Virus record (IMG/VR): IMGVR_UViG_3300037091_000060
Location: 36,421 to 100,420 of that record
Origin: a virus
Reading direction: 5' to 3' (one strand)
DNA: 64,000 nucleotides
Shown: positions 38,212 to 48,044 of the stretch, piece by piece
How positions within the stretch are numbered: the stretch's first letter is position 1
Layout of the letters: every line of letters starts with the position of its first letter
Notes under the pieces: model-generated
The model's database searches: none
What the model saw: the letters and a program-made list of their open reading frames with translations, nothing else
Told to the model about the DNA's origin: nothing
Translations under genes and position numbers: made by a program

Positions 38212-39504
38212 TTACTTGACAGGGATGCCGTAAGACGCAAGCTGCTTAACGAACTGAGGGTCGTTCTTCAGCTTTGCCTTCATTACCTTCGGGTCCATGT
38301 CTCGAACTGTCTTCAAAAATTCCTTTCTCGCGAGTGCTGGGTCTGGTAGCCCCGGGCGTTGTGCGCTTAATGAACCCGGTGCTATACTCCCACCTACTCC
38401 CGGACGACGGGCCGCTGGTTGCGCATTGTGCGCGGCGGCAGACGTCGGAGCCGTTGCTTCAACCACAGGAGTGACTACTGCCTGTGGAGGGGCTTGTGTT
38501 TCTAGTGCTGGCACTGTTGCTGCCGTTTCCGCTACTACCGGGATTGCCGGGGTCACGGGCGTTGCTACAGCGGCTGGTGCAACCGGATTAGCGGCTACAA
38601 CAGCGGGTACGGTTGCCGAAGGTTCTACCTTGGCAAGTTTGTTTCCCTGTTCCTTAAGGTCTTGGAATGCGGCCTCAAGGTTGTCCAGAGTAAATTCTAG
38701 GTTGTGGTCTCGGAAGTACTCGTCGATAGCTACCGAGTTAGCTGTGCACGGAACATAGTCGTGCAAGTGACGGCGCATGAATTCGTTGGAGATCGCGCGC
38801 CCGTTTTCTTGTTGTATCTTGGCGCGAAGTTTATCTTCGCGTTCCTTATACGAGGTCTCGATCACCTCGTGAATAACATCGGTGACCTTAGCCGTGTCCT
38901 TCGATTCTAGAGCGATGCGCGCGGCTTCCGCGATCTCTTCTGGCGTCAAGAGAGTCTTCTCTTTGAAGGTCAACTTCTGTTTCTTTAGACGGTGAAATGC
39001 GCGTGTCGCATTCTCGTGCGCGTCGCGCTTCTTGATCGCCAACTCCGGGAGCGTACGTGCCTCCAAGTGAGTCGGGCGTCCGATGGGTGTTCCGTCTTCG
39101 TCGCGAACCTGATACTCTTCGACGTAGCGTGTGGCCTTGCCGCTGGCGTCGCGAGTGATCGTGACCCCTGCACCCTTCCACTCTGCGTCTTCCTCTTCGT
39201 AGGACTTAGCAACAGGAACTGCTTGTGTTGGCACAACCTCAATGGCTTGTGCTGGCACGGCTGCCATCTCGGTCGCCTGTGCTGCGAGTTCTTCTGTCGA
39301 CGGGGGGACGACGCGATTTAATTGCGCGTCTAACTCCTCTTCCTTCTGTTTTGCTTCTAACATCAGCGCGCTAATGCGCGTGGCAACGCCGCTTCCGCGC
39401 GTTCCCATCAACTTCTGCATATCAGCAGATGTCTCTGGATTTTTGATAGCTAGTAGAATAGACTTCAAGTCCATCTTCAGAACTTGTTCAAGAGTTATTG
39501 ACAT
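38212..39504 (-). CDS. putative capsid scaffolding protein
   Basis: Charged helical N-terminus and A/P-rich linker; immediately upstream of the capsid gene. Confidence 0.6.
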   Translation of the reverse strand: MSITLEQVLKMDLKSILLAIKNPETSADMQKLMGTRGSGVATRISALMLEAKQKEEELDAQLNRVVPPSTEELAAQATEMAAVPAQAIEVVPTQAVPVAKSYEEEDAEWKGAGVTITRDASGKATRYVEEYQVRDEDGTPIGRPTHLEARTLPELAIKKRDAHENATRAFHRLKKQKLTFKEKTLLTPEEIAEAARIALESKDTAKVTDVIHEVIETSYKEREDKLRAKIQQENGRAISNEFMRRHLHDYVPCTANSVAIDEYFRDHNLEFTLDNLEAAFQDLKEQGNKLAKVEPSATVPAVVAANPVAPAAVATPVTPAIPVVAETAATVPALETQAPPQAVVTPVVEATAPTSAAAHNAQPAARRPGVGGSIAPGSLSAQRPGLPDPALARKEFLKTVRDMDPKVMKAKLKNDPQFVKQLASYGIPVK

Positions 39505-39516
39505 GTGGCATCCTTA

Positions 39517-39885
39517 TTAATTCTGTTTCGGTTCCTTTGCAGGAGATTCGATTGGCATGCGAAAACGCGCGGGCGGTTCGAAAACAGCCGTTGAACTTTC
39601 GCGCTGCTGTGCTTCTAGTACGGCGTTGCGTTGGTGCAACTTCACCGAGTCAAGTACCTCGGCTGAAAACTTGTTCATAGCGTGTGCGGTGGTTTGGAGA
39701 CCTGCAAGCACTTCGCTGTAGCGTTCCTGTGTCGGCTTCAATTTGATGACTTCCTGCGTCGCGGTGCGGCAGGCCTCGGCCATCAGCTTCACGAGAATTT
39801 TCCAACCCGGTTGATTCACGAGTTGCGCCAGTGCCAATCTCTCTTCGAAGGGCAGTCCGTCGCCTAATAGTTTACGATCTGACAT
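39517..39885 (-). CDS. hypothetical protein (portal-scaffold interval)
   Basis: GGAGAGG SD before MSDRKL; PGWKIL motif. Confidence 0.6.
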   Translation of the reverse strand: MSDRKLLGDGLPFEERLALAQLVNQPGWKILVKLMAEACRTATQEVIKLKPTQERYSEVLAGLQTTAHAMNKFSAEVLDSVKLHQRNAVLEAQQRESSTAVFEPPARFRMPIESPAKEPKQN

Positions 39886-40342
39886 TGGGTCCTCTCCAGA
39901 AGGCTGCACTGCCGCCGCGTTCTGACGATGACGGGCGATTGGTGGACGACGCTAACAGATTCTTTGCGGTGAGCCAGTTCTCATCCTTGGGACCACGACT
40001 CACGAATCCGCAGTTCAACAGGCACCAGATTTTAACCGTGCCATCGGAGAACGTGTGCATCGCCATATTATAATCTTTGAAGACACCTTGGACGCTGGTG
40101 CCGCCCTTTAAATGCTTGCAGAACGGATTGGGCGGGTCTGGATTTCTCGGTACGAGCTTGAACCCTTTGTAGCTCTCGCGACTTCTAAACTCCCGAAGGA
40201 ACTCGTCCGCTAATCGGACTTGTTCGGCTTGCGCGGCCTTGCGCGCGTCTTGTTCGAGTTGCTGTACGAGCGGCGCGAACTTCCCGTTCACAAATGTGAG
40301 TATGTGAAGCCAGAGGTTCCACATCCAGAGTTTAATTTTCAT
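39872..40342 (-). CDS. hypothetical Zn-finger protein
   Basis: CKHLKGG..HTFSD..CLLNC; paralog of 35067..35618. Confidence 0.6.
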   Translation of the reverse strand: MKIKLWMWNLWLHILTFVNGKFAPLVQQLEQDARKAAQAEQVRLADEFLREFRSRESYKGFKLVPRNPDPPNPFCKHLKGGTSVQGVFKDYNMAMHTFSDGTVKIWCLLNCGFVSRGPKDENWLTAKNLLASSTNRPSSSERGGSAAFWRGPNVRS

Positions 40343-40399
40343 TGTATTGTTCCTTTCCCTTTCAGGTATTGTGGTAGGGGCGTTTCCGCCCCCACTGAA

Positions 40400-42496
40400 T
40401 TATAAAGCTGTTGTTGCGCCGAAGCCTTGCGTCTGGTCGCCGCCGACGCCCATTGCTGGCTGCGTAGACTTTTCGATAGAAGCGCGGAAGGCCTCGTTGC
40501 CAGCCTTACCGAGTTGCTTCTGATTCTCTGTCACTTGTTCCTGTTGGAACTTCTGCTGCTGCATATCCATCGCGTTCTTCTGCTGCGCGGCCTGCAATGC
40601 GGCAGGGCTGTTCGCTTGATGTCTCGCCTTCTCTGGGTCCGTCATCATGCGTAGGAAGGCCTGACTGAACTTCCATCCGGCTGCGTCAACGAATGCTTGG
40701 AAGATGGCTGGTGCATCGAACTGGTACCCGGCGTCGTTGGCGTTAGCGACGAACGTTGGGTTGTTCAAAAGCTGAATCATGATCGGTAGGGCCTGTGCCA
40801 TTTCTTTCTTGGCACCTAGGCTTGAACCCGCGAGAACTTCGTACTCGACCTTGGCGTTGCGCAGCTTAACGTGGTCGACCTTGAAGTCGTTGCCGATCTT
40901 CTCACCGAGGATGTCACGGATGACGCTCGTCGGAAGTAGGTCGTTGTCTAGATCGTCCATCTGGAAGAGCCACGGCACAAAGACCTGTCTCACGAAGCGT
41001 CCGGTTGGGCCGTCTAGACGGGCCGCGTTGGCCCCGATGACTGCCGCCGCACCTGTGGCATTCCTCATGCCCGTTGTGGCGATGCCCGCGTGACCCGCGC
41101 CCTGCATGACCTGCTCGTTCGCGCCGGAGGTTGCTGCACCTGCCGACTGCGACTGCTGGATGAACTCGAAAGCCTGCGGTGGTACCGGAGGCATCTGTAG
41201 GAACTTGAAGGCCTTCTCAACGTCCTCTTCGACGTCGATGATGCCGCCTTGCTCCCAACGCGTGTTCTGCGTGACCGCGTTAAAGCCTTTCTTACGAAGG
41301 GCGACTGGCTGCAAACAGTATGCCAGCAAATCAAGAGCAAGGTTAGTTACGCCCTGCTCAACAATTTGCTCGCTACCGATAAGCAGGCCTAGTCCCTGCC
41401 CATAAAAGTTGTCTGGGATGTTGCGCCAGTTGGCTGAGAAGAACGGAATCTTCCCGAACGGGTTTGCCTCATTGCGGATTAGAATGTTGTGGCCGTTGAA
41501 GAGTAGGACCACGATAACTTTCTCGTCGTCCCAGTGCTCCAAGATTTCTAGCGGTGCTCTGTTCGGGTCCGCTGACGTTGCCACGTTGCGCGGGCGCGCG
41601 TGCTGCAAATAGCCCATCATCCCTTCCGGGATGGTCATCGTGATGTTGTCCGGCCCGCCTGAAGTCGCCTTCGCGAACATCGCACGTAGGACAGACTCCT
41701 CCGGGATGTTATAACCCTCGGTGCCGCGCAGGCGGTCCAAGTCTTGGTACGTCGCGTAGTCGCGGTAGACAACCCACTTCGCGGCACGGATGTCTCCGAC
41801 GCGACATGATGGGTCAACGAGAACTGTACGAATGTCGCAGAACTTTAACCACGGATGAGATACCTTTTTCTTATAAAACTCGATCTCGAAGTCGTCCGAG
41901 TCAGGCGTATCGATTGGCGCGGTCTCCAAACCATCTGGGACCTGAACCTTCGGCGCGTAACGCTTGTACTTTTTCTCGGTCTTTTCGTACTCGACGTAGC
42001 CCCACTTCCAGATCGCAGTGCCTAGCAATGCCATCTGCTCCAACCCACGCTCGACCTCTTCCTCGAAGCGCATCGCCTTCAACTGGAAGGTGAACAGCGC
42101 GGTCTTGGCTGTTACGAGTTCCTGATCTGTGCCCGGGCTGGGACGAAGTAGGAAGCAAGGGTCCTCATAGAAAATGCCCTGCATAATCTTCGGGATGATC
42201 GAACTGATGTGGTTCGACACCATGAACTTTGGTACTGCTGAGTTGGCGGCGTTGCCGTCGCTGTTGGATGAAATCGGCGACTGGTACAGCAAGTCGCTCA
42301 TCGTCCATCCGCTGGCCCACTGATTAATGTTTACGAAGTTGTCCGCCGTCTCGGTATCTGTTAAGACTAATTTTATGGCAGCGACATCGTTGAAAAGGAT
42401 AGTGCCAGTTTCGCTGTCGATGTACGTATTTTCTGTTGTTATCTCATTCGCAGGTACTTGTTCGAGGGCTGCAACCTGTTGGTCGATATCGCTCAT
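40400..42496 (-). CDS. portal protein
   Basis: About 700 aa after the terminase; LLGTAIWKWG, VLVDP, FYGQGLG; Q-rich C-terminal barrel. Confidence 0.85.
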   Translation of the reverse strand: MSDIDQQVAALEQVPANEITTENTYIDSETGTILFNDVAAIKLVLTDTETADNFVNINQWASGWTMSDLLYQSPISSNSDGNAANSAVPKFMVSNHISSIIPKIMQGIFYEDPCFLLRPSPGTDQELVTAKTALFTFQLKAMRFEEEVERGLEQMALLGTAIWKWGYVEYEKTEKKYKRYAPKVQVPDGLETAPIDTPDSDDFEIEFYKKKVSHPWLKFCDIRTVLVDPSCRVGDIRAAKWVVYRDYATYQDLDRLRGTEGYNIPEESVLRAMFAKATSGGPDNITMTIPEGMMGYLQHARPRNVATSADPNRAPLEILEHWDDEKVIVVLLFNGHNILIRNEANPFGKIPFFSANWRNIPDNFYGQGLGLLIGSEQIVEQGVTNLALDLLAYCLQPVALRKKGFNAVTQNTRWEQGGIIDVEEDVEKAFKFLQMPPVPPQAFEFIQQSQSAGAATSGANEQVMQGAGHAGIATTGMRNATGAAAVIGANAARLDGPTGRFVRQVFVPWLFQMDDLDNDLLPTSVIRDILGEKIGNDFKVDHVKLRNAKVEYEVLAGSSLGAKKEMAQALPIMIQLLNNPTFVANANDAGYQFDAPAIFQAFVDAAGWKFSQAFLRMMTDPEKARHQANSPAALQAAQQKNAMDMQQQKFQQEQVTENQKQLGKAGNEAFRASIEKSTQPAMGVGGDQTQGFGATTAL

Positions 42497-44727
42497 AATC
42501 TCCACGGCCCTTTATTGCCGAAGACTTTCATCCTCGGGTCCTGCGGCGTTGGCGGTGCGACCTCGATTAAGGTCGGTACTGCCTCTGTTCGCGTTTGAAG
42601 CTGTTGTCCGAAGTAGCGGTCGTATTGTTGCTGCTTGCGGAAGTGCTTCGCTTGCTCTTCCTCTAACCGTCTCTCTTCTCCCGGGTCCGGCAGTGCGCCA
42701 CTTGTAGGTCTTGAACCTGCGGGAAGGATATAGATGAGGTAAGAGATTGCATCTGGGATATCGTCTTTACGTCCCTTGTTCTTTTTCTCGCCTGTGTACT
42801 GAATGAACTGTTTGAAGGTCTCGTCAATCCAAGGACCCATAACGAAGTGTAGGCGGTGTTCGCTGAGAAGGATTTCGACGCTCTTGATTCGGTTGCGCTT
42901 CGCGTTCTCTTCTCTCGATGGCTGTCTGGGGAAAATGTATGGCTGGTAGCCGAACTTGTTGCCGACACGAGTGATCTCGTCTCGTAACATCTCGTAGCCG
43001 TTCGACTGCTCGATCATCGTAACCTTCGGCCCCCACTTCTTTGAGAGGGATATGATCTGGAAGGCTAACTCTGAGTACTTCCACTTGTCGTAGATGATCT
43101 CAAGGATGACGAAGGACCACTCGCCTGCATCATTCTTATACAAGCGGGCGACCACTCCTACTGAGTAGTCTGAGGTCTTCTTATCTGACAACGCCCAGTC
43201 CCAGACGATGTAGATGTCGCCGGACTTCGGCGCGGCCTCGCGCTGGTACATATGCGAACGAAGATCGGCCTCGGTGAAGCTGATTCTGAATCCGCTGTCT
43301 TCGGCGGCGTCGGTCGGCTCGTTCAACTGCTGGTTGCGGAAATACTTCTCACCCTTCTTGAGAAGGATGCCGCGTAACTTTTTGAAGGTAGAAATCTGAG
43401 GGAAGGTCAGAGTGACCATTTCTTCGGTCAGATGGAATATGTTTACTTCCGCGTACTCTGGCTTGACTGTCCAGCATCCGCGCGCGTGGTACTTAATAGG
43501 CGCGATTTCGCCTGTCTCCGCATTCGGACCAAGGCGAGTTCCGTACCAGTCATCGGTGAAGTAGCGGGTACCGATGTGATCTATGAATCCGACGAACGGC
43601 TCCAAATAGTCGTCTGTGCCGTCGTACTTGACTTTGATCTTGGCGCGGCCCTCTTCGTTGTTCGAGTTTTCGTCGGTGACGATATCGTCGCCCTTCTTAA
43701 CGTCGCAGTGCCAACCTGAAAGGTTAGCGACAATCGAGTTAACCCACAGCGAGCCTTCCTTCTGATTGTGTAGGCGGGCGGGGCAGAACAACGGTTCTTT
43801 CGAGGTTCCGTCAACACCGCGCAGAACGTACTCGGGGAACAGCAAGTGAAACGCTGTCGGTTCTGCTCCGGCTGACAAGTTAAAGTAACCTTTGATTTCC
43901 TGCGCAAAGGACACGGCGAGTTTATACTCACCTGTGATAATAAAGATTCTGATGTCGGGACAATTCAGCAACCACTGAGCGGCATCAACTCCGTTGATCG
44001 TGCTCTTGTAGTATCCGCGACTGTCCAACAGCATCATCTCGCGCTCGCGCCACTGGTGCTGGTCGTCGACCATGTCGTGAAAGTCGTCGAGGGTATAGCC
44101 TTCGAAATACATAGGCTCCACAGCCGGACGGCTGCGGTCTACGGTGCCGTCTTGATTCAGCCACGGGCCGCCGAAATTCTTCGGAACGAACTGGTCGCAG
44201 GTAACTTGGTGCACGGTGCGGTATAAACCCTTGCCAAGCAAACGAGAGAGCCAAAACAAATCTTTGCGCGCGCGATCTCTTAAATCGAGCCAACGCCAGA
44301 AAGACACGACGTCATTAACTTCGTAACTGATATCTTCGGTGGTACGGTGACCACGTCCCTTCTTTTTCTGGGCGGGGTCGACCTCGGAACTCTGGATTCG
44401 AATGGCCGTCTCGGAAGGGTTGGGACGTTTCGGACCCTTCTTGGTCGCCTTGATAGCGGTGGCCTCATCGTCGTCTTCGTCGGCATCTCCGTTCTCCGGT
44501 TGACCGTAAAATAGACGCACGAGTTGTGTATAGCTACGAGCCTCGCTCTTAAATCTTTTGCCCGCCTTGTCGTGAGCGGCTACCTCTTCCAAAAGCCGAG
44601 TCATTGCAAGTTCTTTCTCAGCGAGTGCTGCTTGTGTTGCCTTTACGACTTCCGCGCTGTATGGTTCCGGTAGACCCTTATCACGCGCTCTTTTATTGGC
44701 TTGCTTCTGCTGGGATGTTAATGCCAC
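42493..44727 (-). CDS. terL: terminase large subunit
   Basis: SRGYYKST Walker A, GWHCDVKKGDD Walker B, IGTRY, and WDWA..DYS..IE..DDIPDA nuclease residues. Confidence 0.9.
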   Translation of the reverse strand: MALTSQQKQANKRARDKGLPEPYSAEVVKATQAALAEKELAMTRLLEEVAAHDKAGKRFKSEARSYTQLVRLFYGQPENGDADEDDDEATAIKATKKGPKRPNPSETAIRIQSSEVDPAQKKKGRGHRTTEDISYEVNDVVSFWRWLDLRDRARKDLFWLSRLLGKGLYRTVHQVTCDQFVPKNFGGPWLNQDGTVDRSRPAVEPMYFEGYTLDDFHDMVDDQHQWREREMMLLDSRGYYKSTINGVDAAQWLLNCPDIRIFIITGEYKLAVSFAQEIKGYFNLSAGAEPTAFHLLFPEYVLRGVDGTSKEPLFCPARLHNQKEGSLWVNSIVANLSGWHCDVKKGDDIVTDENSNNEEGRAKIKVKYDGTDDYLEPFVGFIDHIGTRYFTDDWYGTRLGPNAETGEIAPIKYHARGCWTVKPEYAEVNIFHLTEEMVTLTFPQISTFKKLRGILLKKGEKYFRNQQLNEPTDAAEDSGFRISFTEADLRSHMYQREAAPKSGDIYIVWDWALSDKKTSDYSVGVVARLYKNDAGEWSFVILEIIYDKWKYSELAFQIISLSKKWGPKVTMIEQSNGYEMLRDEITRVGNKFGYQPYIFPRQPSREENAKRNRIKSVEILLSEHRLHFVMGPWIDETFKQFIQYTGEKKNKGRKDDIPDAISYLIYILPAGSRPTSGALPDPGEERRLEEEQAKHFRKQQQYDRYFGQQLQTRTEAVPTLIEVAPPTPQDPRMKVFGNKGPWRL

Positions 44728-44744
44728 GGCGTACTCCTATTGGT

Positions 44745-45005
44745 TTACTGCGATGATGCGTCTGTGACTTCCTTCACTTGGCGAGCCTTCGCGGCTAATT
44801 CGTCCCCGGTAGTCGTGGGAGCAGCAGCGGCGGCCTTTCGAGCATTATGTGCATGAGCGTAATCGGATGTTGGTGCGAGGGCTTTCTTGGGTGCGGTCGG
44901 GTCTACTTTATTCCCGGCCTGATGTGTTACGCTGGACGACAAGTTGTTTGAGTCATCAAGTGCTTTTTGTGCGCTCGCGAGCGCGGATGTTATAGGGTTG
45001 CCCAT
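44745..45005 (-). CDS. hypothetical protein
   Basis: GAGGAG SD. Confidence 0.6.
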   Translation of the reverse strand: MGNPITSALASAQKALDDSNNLSSSVTHQAGNKVDPTAPKKALAPTSDYAHAHNARKAAAAAPTTTGDELAAKARQVKEVTDASSQ

Positions 45006-45014
45006 GTTCTCCTC

Positions 45015-45485
45015 TTACTGCGCCTGTGCGCGGCTATCTGGGGCTGGTGCGTCGCTATCTTGAGTGGCGTTTAAGTCTCGACAAACCTTCACTTCTACGT
45101 TCGCGTTTTTCGCTAGCTGGGTGCCATCGGCTGCGACGCCATAAACAATCGCAACTACCTCGTCGCCGTTCAAAAACACACCAGAGATTTTCCCTTTGCC
45201 AGCCTCTTTTATTACCAGCACGAGGTCGTTGTGGCCGTAATGCTTTCCGTTCTTATCGGTGGACGTGTACTCGTAAACAACTGGCTTCTCAGGCTTCATG
45301 TTAGTATCTGGCCCGGTCTGGAACTCGGTAAAGGTGACGCTCTTTCCGTCTCGGTATACGAGGTGAGCCGCAACGAACTTACCCGGCGAACAAGCACCGA
45401 TGTCGTAACCAACCGCCCTGTTAAGAAGTCCGCAACCGGAGAACAACAGGGTTGCCGCGAGCACTGCGGTGCAAAGAGCCTTCAT
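45015..45485 (-). CDS. lipoprotein
   Basis: Signal peptide with LFSGC lipobox. Confidence 0.7.
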   Translation of the reverse strand: MKALCTAVLAATLLFSGCGLLNRAVGYDIGACSPGKFVAAHLVYRDGKSVTFTEFQTGPDTNMKPEKPVVYEYTSTDKNGKHYGHNDLVLVIKEAGKGKISGVFLNGDEVVAIVYGVAADGTQLAKNANVEVKVCRDLNATQDSDAPAPDSRAQAQ

Positions 45486-45497
45486 GGTGTGTCTCCG

Positions 45498-45767
45498 TCA
45501 CTTCTGGATATTGATGTCGTTTACGATGGTCGTGTTCTGGTTCTGACGGGTGTGCATGTCGTCGAGAGCGTCGTGAGCACAAAGCAAGCCTTGGATGGCC
45601 GTGACGGCCAACGCAAAATTCCCGTCGAGTTTGCCTCTGAATGCTAAGACTATACAGGACGCGCCGAATACGACGGCCCAAAACTCGCTGAGGCCGCCAA
45701 AGAAAACATACACAGGTGTGAACGCACCAGCGTGAATAATTTGTGAGGCCTTGTCCTTCCAGCCCAT
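45498..45767 (-). CDS. small membrane protein, possible holin
   Basis: 89 aa with hydrophobic segments and a polar C-terminus. Confidence 0.45.
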   Translation of the reverse strand: MGWKDKASQIIHAGAFTPVYVFFGGLSEFWAVVFGASCIVLAFRGKLDGNFALAVTAIQGLLCAHDALDDMHTRQNQNTTIVNDINIQK

Positions 45768-46204
45768 TACTTCTTAAACCCGCCCATCGTGTGAGCGAAG
45801 TTCGCCATATGGGCGACGTGAGAATTATCCGAGTTACGGGCACTCTCTAACTTCTCTGCCGGGATGGTCTCGTCTTGAGGGATGCCGAGTGCCTTGTGAA
45901 GGCCGCCCTTGCGCAGTTGGTGCATCGCGCGATAAAGTGATACGTTTTTCTTTGCCACGGGTTTATCCTTGGGAATTACTTTCTCCCCGCCTTGAAGATT
46001 ATAGACGCCGTCCTTCGGTACAACACCGCCTGTGTGCATGCTGGGGACGGCAGGCGTGCGGTCGGTCGCGTCAAACGTCGGATGTTTCTCACTCATTATG
46101 GACTTGCTAACGGCATTTGCCGCAGTACTTATGCGGTTAAGGTCTTTGTCCTTGGCTGATTCTACTTCCTTTTTGACTTCGTCCGTTCCGTCGCCTGTTT
46201 CCAT
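45767..46204 (-). CDS. conserved phage protein
   Basis: MHTGGVV..GE.VIP and KGGLHKALGIP..IP..KL motifs. Confidence 0.6.
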   Translation of the reverse strand: METGDGTDEVKKEVESAKDKDLNRISTAANAVSKSIMSEKHPTFDATDRTPAVPSMHTGGVVPKDGVYNLQGGEKVIPKDKPVAKKNVSLYRAMHQLRKGGLHKALGIPQDETIPAEKLESARNSDNSHVAHMANFAHTMGGFKK

Positions 46205-46205
46205 A

Positions 46206-46448
46206 TTAAACCTGTGGAGGTGCGCCTGCGGCTGGTGGTGCGCCCGCGCCCGGTGCCACTGGCTCCGGCTCGCCCGGATTCGGTGCCGAAGTGTGGTCCA
46301 TCATGTGGTCCATCATCGCATCGTGATCTGCTGCCGCGCCCTTGACGTCCTTATGAGGGCCGTCTTCGTGAACGTGGTGAACAGTGTGACTTCCATCTCG
46401 GTGGTGCTCTATGTGCGAGTGAGTGAACTTGTGGTGTTTCTTAGCCAT
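46206..46448 (-). CDS. His-rich small protein
   Basis: HHKFTHSHIEHHRDGSHTVHHVH; GGAG SD. Confidence 0.6.
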   Translation of the reverse strand: MAKKHHKFTHSHIEHHRDGSHTVHHVHEDGPHKDVKGAAADHDAMMDHMMDHTSAPNPGEPEPVAPGAGAPPAAGAPPQV

Positions 46449-46863
46449 TGAAAACTCCGTGCTTCTTCAAATAATCTATAGCTCTTTCTAGAACAACAAT
46501 CTTATCTTTTGCATTTCCTAAAACAAGATTACAAAATCTGCAAAGCAGTTCTCGACTCTTCCCTGTTACGTGGTCGTGGTCTAAATGCGGAGTCAACAAC
46601 GGCTCTGAACAAATAGCACAACGCCCGCTCTGCGCTATTAGCATCTCGTCGAATTTCTGTTGCGTAACCCCAAACAGCCGCTGATATTTTCTGATTATAT
46701 CTGGTTTCTGGCTATCGTGATATCGTCGTCTGTGTCCAGCGTTAACTCTATCTTTGTTCTTTCTGTCTGAACGAAGTTGAATTTCTTTACATCGCTCTGG
46801 ATGACGCTCGCGATATCGACTCTGCGCTTCTCGGCGTTGCTGTAATACTCTTTCCGTTCTCAT
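46441..46863 (-). CDS. endonuclease VII-like HNH protein
   Basis: QSGRCAIC..HLDHDHVTGKSRELLCRFCNLVLG. Confidence 0.9.
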   Translation of the reverse strand: MRTERVLQQRREAQSRYRERHPERCKEIQLRSDRKNKDRVNAGHRRRYHDSQKPDIIRKYQRLFGVTQQKFDEMLIAQSGRCAICSEPLLTPHLDHDHVTGKSRELLCRFCNLVLGNAKDKIVVLERAIDYLKKHGVFNG

Positions 46864-46939
46864 TTTGTTCTCCTTTAAAGAACGACAAAGAGGGTGTTAA
46901 AGGCACCCTCCAAGTCTAGCCCCGGGAGCAACCCCGAGG
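46864..46939 (-). promoter_or_regulatory. kissing-loop leader, copy B
   Basis: GAGGGUG-CCUUUAA-CACCCUC and GUUCU-UUAAAGG-AGAAC; extra 5' hairpin. Confidence 0.8.
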
Positions 46940-46945
46940 AATCTT

Positions 46946-47851
46946 TTAACTCATTAAACTATCGTGTGTAGTGCTCTCATTCAATAAAGCCGCTGCGTAA
47001 TAGCTGCCAGAGGGACGCTTGTAAACTCCGACAACGCCGCCCGGGCGAACCTTAATCGCGTTGTGGTCCTGATGAAACAAGTGACTCACTTGGTGAATCG
47101 TTGAACTGTGGGCGAAGACAATCGATGGGCGGCCTGTCTTTTCGCCCTCTGCAATTGCCATCTTAATCTCTGGGTTTGTTCGCTCGCGGAAATCGTTGAT
47201 GCGCTCCCCGCCCGGAATTTTCTCGTCTGGGTACTTCTGGTAGTGGATAATTTCTTCCATGTTCTTGTCGGTCTTTTTCTGGCCGGAGAACTTGCCCACA
47301 TTCAGCGCGTCGAAATTCTTAACGACTTTCGCCTTGCCGGGACCCAATGTTATATCGGCTGTCTCGCGCGTGCGGTCTTTACTGCTGCGAAAAGCCGCGC
47401 CGAGTTGTTGGCCGCCGAGGTGGTTCGCTAGGAACCCGCGAACGTCCAAAGCCTGCTGACGGCCTACGTTATCGAGAGGGATTTCCATCTGGCCGCGAAA
47501 GCGTTTTTCTTTATTGAACTCTGTCTGGCCGTGACGGACGAAGAGCGCGACAAGTTTCGGGGCTGGATTGATCTGAGTCAATTTATTCTCCGGCTCTACG
47601 AATTCGCAACACTGGTGCACCGCGTCGGTGATGATCGCCAAACCCCTCTCATCGTGCTGAACTTCGGGGTCGGCCATCATGACTTCTTGTCGGCAACGGT
47701 TCTTATCCTTATTGATATACTCGCAGTTCGCACAGTTGTAAGGTCCGTCGCTGGCGAAGCCTGCTAACTTTGTACTCTTGGGCCAGATCGGGCCGACCTT
47801 GGATATTAGATCATTTAGTCCACGAATAATTGTAGGCCAATTCTTAGCCAT
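46946..47851 (-). CDS. histidine phosphatase family protein with N-terminal Cys-rich domain
   Basis: VRHGQT, GGE and FAH motifs; N-terminal CANC..C..CC. Confidence 0.85.
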   Translation of the reverse strand: MAKNWPTIIRGLNDLISKVGPIWPKSTKLAGFASDGPYNCANCEYINKDKNRCRQEVMMADPEVQHDERGLAIITDAVHQCCEFVEPENKLTQINPAPKLVALFVRHGQTEFNKEKRFRGQMEIPLDNVGRQQALDVRGFLANHLGGQQLGAAFRSSKDRTRETADITLGPGKAKVVKNFDALNVGKFSGQKKTDKNMEEIIHYQKYPDEKIPGGERINDFRERTNPEIKMAIAEGEKTGRPSIVFAHSSTIHQVSHLFHQDHNAIKVRPGGVVGVYKRPSGSYYAAALLNESTTHDSLMS

Positions 47852-48039
47852 TACTCTTCCTTTTTGCGGGCCTCGCGCGCGTGCTTATATGAGGGCAGAC
47901 CCTTTTCTGGTGTCGCCGCGAACTCGTGTAGCTGCTTGTGGGACATATCAGCGACGCCCTTGTTTCGAGCATAGAGTTTTTCAGGACTGTGTTCGGCAAT
48001 TGCCATCACAATTCTTTGCGCTTTCGATTCCGCTGGCAC
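47851..48039 (-). CDS. small conserved phage protein (DUF3008-like)
   Basis: MPAESKAQR..LHEFAATPEKGLP. Confidence 0.65.
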   Translation of the reverse strand: MPAESKAQRIVMAIAEHSPEKLYARNKGVADMSHKQLHEFAATPEKGLPSYKHAREARKKEE

Positions 48040-48044
48040 GATTC

